A stretch of DNA of 62,300 nt, from positions 1 through 62,300 of the forward strand of contig JAOZMB010000001.1 in assembly GCA_029934515.1 (NCBI GenBank), written 5' to 3'. Shown piece after piece: positions 59,801 to 62,300 of this stretch. Every line of letters begins with the position of its first letter. The first letter of the stretch is position 1. Source of the stretch: Bacteroidales bacterium. Lineage in GTDB: Bacteria; Bacteroidota; Bacteroidia; Bacteroidales; JAADGE01. Position numbers and translations under genes: made by a program. The notes beneath the pieces are model-generated. The model had not been told where the DNA came from. It searched no databases and saw only the letters and a list, made by a program, of their open reading frames with translations.

Positions 59801-62300
59801 CATCACATGGAATAGAATTTACAGAGCAGAGTATTTTCAACACAACAGCAACAGGTTTACCGTCCGGAGAGGTATTAACAAATATGACTTTTGATTGGAC
59901 AATTACAAATGGAGTCTGTTCGCACTCAGATGAAATAAATTTAACACTTTATGAAACAATAATTGCTGATGCAGGAGTGGATACTTCGCTTTGCGATTTA
60001 ACAAATTATACATTATCAGGAAACAACCCAACACCTGGCACAGGAAAATGGACAGGTGAAGACGGAACTTTTAATAATAATACATTTTACGGTACCACAG
60101 TTTCAGGACTACCAGCAAACGAGTGGGAAAAAGATTTTGATTTTATCTGGACAATTACAAACGGCGTATGTCCTATAAATTCAGATACAATGACTATTAC
60201 ACGTTACAAAACAGTAAACGCAGAAACTGGCGGTAATGATAAAATTTGTGATACTTTACAATATCAACTTAACGGTAACGAACCAGATTACGGAACAGGA
60301 TTATGGACAACACAAATAGGAATAGGTTTTGTTAATCAAAGCATTTTCAACACAACAGCAAACAATTTGCCAAGCGAAGAACTTGAAGCTGATTTTAATT
60401 TTACATGGACAATTACAAATGGAGTCTGTGTTGATTCTGATGAAATGATTTTAACACGTTACGAAACAATAATTGCCAAGGCTGGCGATGATAATGAAAT
60501 TTGTGATACTTTACAATATCAACTCTCTGGCAACGAACCAGGAAATGGATACGGGTATTGGACGGCAACAGATAATGAAATAACTTATAATAATTCGAGT
60601 GTTTACAATGCAATTGCTGGAAGTCTTACAAACGAAGAACCAATTAATAATATGTTATTTAAGTGGACAACTCGAAACGGTGTTTGCACACATTCCGATG
60701 AAATGATTTTAACACGTTACAAAACGATTATTGCAGAAGTCGGCGAGGACGATAAAATTTGTGATACAACGGTTTATCAATTTTCGGGTAATGTTCCAGA
60801 GCCTGGTTACGGTGTTTGGTCTTCGGATACAGAGAATTTGATTTTTGATGATATTTCTTTATCAAATGCAACAGTTTCAAGTTTGACATCAGGAGGATGG
60901 GAAACAGATTTTAATTTTACATGGACAATTACAAATGGAATATGTAAAAGTTCAGATAGTATGTTATTAACAAGATACACAACAGAAACAGCAAATGCTG
61001 GTGATAATATTCAAATTTGCGATTTAACACAATATCAAATATCGGCTGTAACAACAACCGTTGGAGTAGGAAAATGGATATCAGAAAACAATGTAATAAT
61101 TTTAGAAAACCAGCCACCTATAAATGCTAATATTTCAAATATACCATCTGGAAATTTAGAAGAGAACTTTACTTTTGTTTGGATTGTTACAAACGGAGTA
61201 TGTGTTGACTCTTCAGAAATGATTTTAACAAGATACGAAACTATAACAGCTGAAGCTGGAGATAATGATGAAATTTGTAATTTAACGAATTATCAATTTA
61301 ATGGAAATAATCCCGAATCTGGTTATGGTGTATGGTCGTCTGTAACAGACGAAGTTACTTTTGATGATATTTCTTTATCAAACGCAACGGTATTAAATTT
61401 ACCAAATGATGAACTTAAAGAAGATTTTAATTTTATATGGACAATTACTAATGGTGTTTGTTCGCATTCCGATGAGATGGTTTTGACATCTTACAAAAAT
61501 ATCTTTGCCGATGCTGGAATAGATACTTTACTTTGTGATATTGCTTCAATTAATTTATACGGGAATGACCCATTCCCTGGTTCAGGAGTTTGGGAAGCTG
61601 ATAATTCGATTATTACAATACAAAATGATAATTTATACAATACAAATATCTCAGATATTCCACTTGGAGAAACAAATTTTAAATGGATAATTACAAATGG
61701 TGTTTGTCCATCGGATACAAGCTCTTTGATTTTAACAAGATACAAAACTATAACAGCAAATGCCAATGATGATGATGAAATTTGCAATTTAACAAATTAC
61801 CAATTTAATGGAAATAATCCAGCATCTGGTTATGGTGTGTGGACATCAAACACAAGCGGACTAACTTACAGTGCAAATGCTTCTTTATACAATACTGTTG
61901 TATCTGATTTGCCAGCTGGTAGCTGGGAACGGGATTTTATTTTTACGTGGACAATTAAAAACGGAACTTGCGAAAGTTCTGATGATATGTTATTAACAAG
62001 ATATGCAACAGAAATAGCAAAAGCTGGTGATGACGCACAAATTTGTGATACAACACAATATCAACTCTCAGCAGAGACTCCAGAAGCGGGAACAGGAATG
62101 TGGTCAACAAATATTCCACAAATAAATTTTGATAATCAAACGATTCCAGATGCAACAGCTTCAAATATACCTGATGGAAGTTTGGAACAGGATTTTACTT
62201 TTACGTGGACTGTTACAAACGGTGCTTGTTCTCATTCAGATGAAATGATTTTAACAAGATACAAAACTATAACAGCAAATGCCAATGATGATGATGAAAT
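50815..62300 (+). CDS. giant secreted repeat protein, 3'-truncated by the window (at least 3,828 codons): choice-of-anchor-L-like N-terminal domain, Ig-like modules, at least 29 copies of a ~85 aa Cys/Trp repeat, two Gly-rich modules. Probable cell-surface adhesin of the Bacteroidota T9SS-cargo type.
   Basis: I translated frame +1 codon by codon from the ATG at 50815 to nt 62298 without meeting a stop. It is not in the supplied track because no stop lies inside the window. The N-terminus MKKFTIKIRLNLGFIKNLKLSIAVVFLLFSLQLTAQ is signal-peptide-like. Confidence 0.9.
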   Translation, partial: MKKFTIKIRLNLGFIKNLKLSIAVVFLLFSLQLTAQEKKMKVTQLGSDEITETTLVESIIGCKKDMDIQNVKFTGSRAAAGVFSYSGDGLGIKKGIILSNGYVNKADQSQGGHPASSDLNLHGDEDLNQYYSEDESTKDATVLEFDFIPTTDSITISFIYASEEYGSNQGLSDAFAIFLNGNEKINNVAFINEMEGEKVISNTTINSSINQNYYNTNNGEIDFVYDGYTKLITITFAVKKDDTNHIKIVIADGNGKDRSYDSAVLLKDITAFEIEKDLTSIPALPHVCEESDNIELTIETTGYENLDYQWYKDGNQIIGATSSILTISREIENSGFYKCMVSSCRDDKYSNDIEVKIDKLIEANAGDNDINCGIKYQFSGNNPIQGYGEWSSTTAGLTFDNLSLYNTSVLNLPNFQNNVYNKDFTFIWTITNGKCKDSDSMILTRYKKINANAGDSTAGICANEYQFNGKEHDAGSGIWTYDALNNLTFDNISLHNATVSGLPDDEFTANFTWTITNGPCESSDNMLLTRYKGVTANAGDDAQVCDSVYQLSGNTPETGYGIWTTNDKEIIFDNSNLNTATVSNLTNNDYVNYIDFTWTVINGDCESSDTMTLTRYKVIEADAGDDEDICGTIYTLNGNNPAPGTGIWTTNTSNSVSFDNLTSTSATASGMVIDDWERDFTFTWTVTNGLCEDSDNMILTCHRNVDADAGDDAEICNNSSYQLSANTPEHGIGTWTSSDAEIIFDNSNLNTAVASNLTSGNDINNITFTWTIEYGGCINSNTINLTRYEIIQATAGEDDGVCDSDEYTFSQANDPSPGYGVWTSNRSGLTFTYASMHNALVSGFPKTNGTETKFTWTIKNGVCTDSDEMILTSYETVGSQVIGDDYILCNYSWCYLRADDPYPGNGYWTSEPSGITFNAPNNFKTIANGLPEGNITFTWNVQNGVCDLYQDNIIITRYDPYADAGGPDDVSNDTEHNLIGNEPENNQTGKWTIAYGLDTVSGVTFDDNSSANTWARNIPNGIHTFTWTITEGPCKESDNILVGKYVSINTAVTAVNNQDCSSNIIVESSAHFRQLESVLLIQMQGAEIDNTNSINYGDITNYYNAGNYEFLYIPLGGISGNTITFNKSIKNNYDISGNVQLIRVYPFEDVVFSDSDIDAPAWDGSTGGVLAISAFDTITLNGIDITADGKGFRGGVASTMNQTSFNDYFSLFSDNNAARKGEGIAGTFAETEYECAAGKNANGGGGGNAGNNGGGGGGNDVSGGNGGLGSVLAAIGGNGLEYNNTDNKIFLGGGGGAGYNGTSGGAGGGIIIMSSGSTIEGGGNKISAKGENAENTSNGAGGGGAGGTILINTTTIDSLSTEMQGGNGGTGNAGGGGGAGGTLWYSNAFPTNNTNTGGTADGSGGAQNGTNGTEIDGLNLVFNDLMSVKITQHPEDSTICEGDNASFTIDAECENSFQWQICEVIQGYFTDISDNDIYSGTDTKTLTITKPLLRMNGYAYRCVATRSSNGHYAESNYAILRIDKFIEAVAGEDNAVCADEYQFSAEIPEEGYGFWSSTTDPDIEYSSSTYNATASNLTSGGDDYINIINFIWTTRNGVCTDTDEMVLTRYDVITADAGDDKEICDAVTYQLSGSDPLIGQGLWTAVKTYIDFNEENDNNAIVSGLVEDYPEKNYILKWTVTNGLCVDYDEMTLTRYETITANASEDDAICDTTIYQFSAIEPRAGYGTWTTTQNNISYDNSSIYNATVSGLPEIYPSNETIFTWTTRNGVCTDNDEIILKRYETIQADAGGNAEVCDLTNYTLNAETPEHGSGMWTATESYINFDNPSLTNATVQDLSDIFWEKDFNLKWTVTNGVCSHTDEMILTRYETVDANAGDNENICNNTTYVLEGNEPVCGSGMWTSEPGITFDNSSIYNTTASNLPDEELINEAAFEWTITNGACISSSTMILTRYEKVNAKAGNDTSICDFTEYQLSATEPEAGYGTWTTDYNYITFDNNSSQHTSNIPGAIASNLTNGESINNIIITFTWTVTNGACIDSEDMILTRNETILADAGEDESICDSTYYELNGNYGNGVWTSPNADITFDYPNWYQAVANNLPEGSTDLIWTITNGACVNSNTTVITRDITIEADAGGPDEISGAEIYNLNGNTPEPGTGLWTASNTSVEIATPSLYTTVASKIPLGISTLTWTITNGACISSDDVLIGSFDVVDAVVSNIQCNHLTVDNLFNISVEGNILGEFEVGDRVLLIQMKGAEFDTTNTSNYGNITNDNHAGNYEFLDITAISGNDIYFAKEFAKDYDDILGSVQLIKVFGFDDVRFSDKTIQPPEWNGSKGGVVVIEANGTVELNIGINADAKGFRGGKHEIMTYSTDFSGYFSSLENSTAAIKGEGITYDLDRTDYECAAGKNVNGGGGGNAGNNGGAGGGNAGNGGNGGSSFLAAIGGIELTYNNEDNKIFLGGAGGAGHSDNVNGTDGANGGGIVIIRANEIIGISEIGSTISAKGENAGNANGNGAGGGAGGTVLLEVNTISDILVNVPGGNGGSATGTAGAGGGGGGGAVWYSTVSPTNIINSMGTAGTDENPSIAVQNGTNGTIIDNLNTVQCFTDFLLIEEQPHDTTICQGNSAAFDIVASCYDRLIWQVKENEYSGFRNIEEYEAFYSGMTSDTLTITTPELYMNAYQYRCIAYNIGIENGEEISDTVLLNIDNGINVNAGDDSFICDTKEYQFSADPPLYGYGYWTTTDESITFDNRSSYDATASNLTSGNTENEMIFTWTVSNGVCRGSDTMTIRRYETIIASAGEDAKICDNTRFQLNGNDSLSLGRWENNTDVVFDNASNTTYVTLPTDDLEKDFIFTWTIINGECSHSDEMILTRYETVEADAGSDNKICDDDEYQLSANAPALGYGTWTNQNGGIIFDNSNLNTATATNLTPDVWEKDYNFIWTITNGVCIHSNTMLLTRYETVEAYASDDDEICELYQYTLNGNEPDYGTGLWTEITSHGIEFTEQSIFNTTATGLPSGEVLTNMTFDWTITNGVCSHSDEINLTLYETIIADAGVDTSLCDLTNYTLSGNNPTPGTGKWTGEDGTFNNNTFYGTTVSGLPANEWEKDFDFIWTITNGVCPINSDTMTITRYKTVNAETGGNDKICDTLQYQLNGNEPDYGTGLWTTQIGIGFVNQSIFNTTANNLPSEELEADFNFTWTITNGVCVDSDEMILTRYETIIAKAGDDNEICDTLQYQLSGNEPGNGYGYWTATDNEITYNNSSVYNAIAGSLTNEEPINNMLFKWTTRNGVCTHSDEMILTRYKTIIAEVGEDDKICDTTVYQFSGNVPEPGYGVWSSDTENLIFDDISLSNATVSSLTSGGWETDFNFTWTITNGICKSSDSMLLTRYTTETANAGDNIQICDLTQYQISAVTTTVGVGKWISENNVIILENQPPINANISNIPSGNLEENFTFVWIVTNGVCVDSSEMILTRYETITAEAGDNDEICNLTNYQFNGNNPESGYGVWSSVTDEVTFDDISLSNATVLNLPNDELKEDFNFIWTITNGVCSHSDEMVLTSYKNIFADAGIDTLLCDIASINLYGNDPFPGSGVWEADNSIITIQNDNLYNTNISDIPLGETNFKWIITNGVCPSDTSSLILTRYKTITANANDDDEICNLTNYQFNGNNPASGYGVWTSNTSGLTYSANASLYNTVVSDLPAGSWERDFIFTWTIKNGTCESSDDMLLTRYATEIAKAGDDAQICDTTQYQLSAETPEAGTGMWSTNIPQINFDNQTIPDATASNIPDGSLEQDFTFTWTVTNGACSHSDEMILTRYKTITANANDDDE
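50932..51630 (+). other. choice-of-anchor-L-like N-terminal domain of the giant protein
   Basis: GIILSNG, HGDEDLN, DATVLEFDFIPTTDSITISFIYASEEYG, DAFAIFLNG, YDGYT and IVIADGNGKDRSYDSAVLL. This order of blocks matches my memory of the choice-of-anchor L family. Confidence 0.6.
51898..53955 (+). repeat. intragenic repeat array 1: 8 units of ~250-261 bp (~85 aa)
   Basis: Unit starts (A-x-A-G-x-D motif) near 51901, 52162, 52420, 52672, 52930, 53188, 53446 and 53695. Each unit ends ...F.WTI.NG.C..SD.M.LTRY. The last two units are degenerate. Confidence 0.85.
53956..55085 (+). other. Gly-rich module A of the giant protein (predicted solenoid/beta-helix-like, function unknown)
   Basis: VLLIQMQGAEIDNTNSINYGDITNYYNAGNYEF ... 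WDGSTGGVLAI ... ADGKGFRGG ... YECAAGKNANGGGGGNAGNNGGGGGGN ... KIFLGGGGGAGY ... ISAKGENAENTSNGAGGGGAGGTILI ... GGGGGAGGTLWYS. Confidence 0.7.
55090..55392 (+). other. Ig-like module following Gly-rich module A
   Basis: ITQHPEDSTICEGDNASFTIDAE...FQWQ...YSGTDTKTLTITKPLLRMNGYAYRCVA is the classic I-set-like pattern (C...W...Y.C). Similar modules are at 51646-51897 and 58621-58925. Confidence 0.65.
55393..57435 (+). repeat. intragenic repeat array 2: 8 units of ~85 aa
   Basis: Unit starts near 55393, 55654, 55912, 56170, 56428, 56683, 56965 and 57205. Confidence 0.85.
57436..58620 (+). other. Gly-rich module B of the giant protein (paralog of module A)
   Basis: VLLIQMKGAEFDTTNTSNYGNITNDNHAGNYEF ... 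WNGSKGGVVVI ... ADAKGFRGG ... YECAAGKNVNGGGGGNAGNNGGAGGGNAGNGGNGG ... KIFLGGAGGAGH ... ISAKGENAGNANGNGAGGGAGGTVLL ... GAGGGGGGGAVWYS. Confidence 0.7.
58930..62300 (+). repeat. intragenic repeat array 3: 13 complete units plus the start of a 14th, running off the window
   Basis: Unit starts near 58942, 59200, 59443, 59701, 59965, 60217, 60472, 60733, 60988, 61249, 61507, 61756, 62017 and 62275. Spacings are 243-264 bp. Confidence 0.85.

Noticed and set aside
52713-61787. Other short minus-strand ORFs inside the giant gene, such as 52713-52964, 57246-57464, 57932-58243 and 61491-61787.
   Set aside because: These are low-complexity antisense products recurring with the repeat period. They are explained by stop-poor antisense frames of a repetitive CDS.
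50815-62300. No long ORF appears in the supplied track over 11.5 kb of obviously periodic, coding-looking sequence. I first suspected stop-codon reassignment (genetic code 4 or 25) or a frameshifted pseudogene.
   Set aside because: Codon-by-codon translation in frame +1 meets no TAA, TAG or TGA under the standard code. The ORF is missing from the track only because it has no stop before the window ends, so no recoding needs to be invoked.
51898-62300. Near-identical 25-30 nt strings (GAAATGATTTTAACACGTTACGAAAC and variants) recurring every ~258 bp, which could superficially resemble a CRISPR-like or other noncoding array.
   Set aside because: The spacing is far larger than in CRISPR arrays. 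The strings are in frame (EMILTRYE) within one continuous ORF, and the intervening sequence is homologous between units.
1-62300. Search for tRNA, rRNA, tmRNA, CRISPR arrays, integrase/transposase genes and prophage modules.
   Set aside because: I saw no T-loop-like GGTTCGAATCC-type motif, no rRNA-like conserved block, no short-period repeat-spacer array and no recombinase-like ORF. This was an eyeball scan, so small RNAs could have been missed.

Overview
Visibly AT-rich chromosomal window that looks Bacteroidota-like: TAnnTTTG -7 boxes, a PD40/OmpA protein, AAA-ATPase/PD-(D/E)XK paralogs and a giant surface protein with a choice-of-anchor-L-type N-terminus. I found about 40 protein genes and no tRNA, rRNA, CRISPR array or transposase. 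Nt 1-44,200 are mostly housekeeping and metabolism: aldehyde dehydrogenase, ElbB, two carboxyltransferases, a thioester alpha-2-macroglobulin, Nif3/COG1579, dtd-mazG, acyl-CoA dehydrogenase, an AGCS transporter and an M28 peptidase. Accessory genes are interspersed: a 5'-truncated Eco57I-like methyltransferase, an MmeI/type-ISP-like single-chain R-M gene preceded by the 3' remnant of a paralog, two tandem AAA-ATPase/nuclease-fold genes, a BamA/Oah-like hydrolase next to a NuoF-like flavoprotein, and an orphan MCP. Nt 44,270-50,255 hold a minus-strand block with two signal-peptide-bearing C14 caspase-like proteins, one fused to WD40-like blades, and an anti-sigma-like membrane protein. Composite repeats (a conserved ~40 bp core plus heptamer arrays) sit between these genes. 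The most striking feature is not in the supplied ORF track. Frame +1 is open from the ATG at 50815 to the last base of the window, giving at least 3,828 codons. It encodes a giant secreted repeat protein with three arrays (8, 8 and at least 13 units) of a ~85 aa Cys/Trp repeat. The arrays are separated by two ~380-395 aa glycine-rich modules, each followed by an Ig-like module. All function calls come from motif recognition by eye; no database search was possible.
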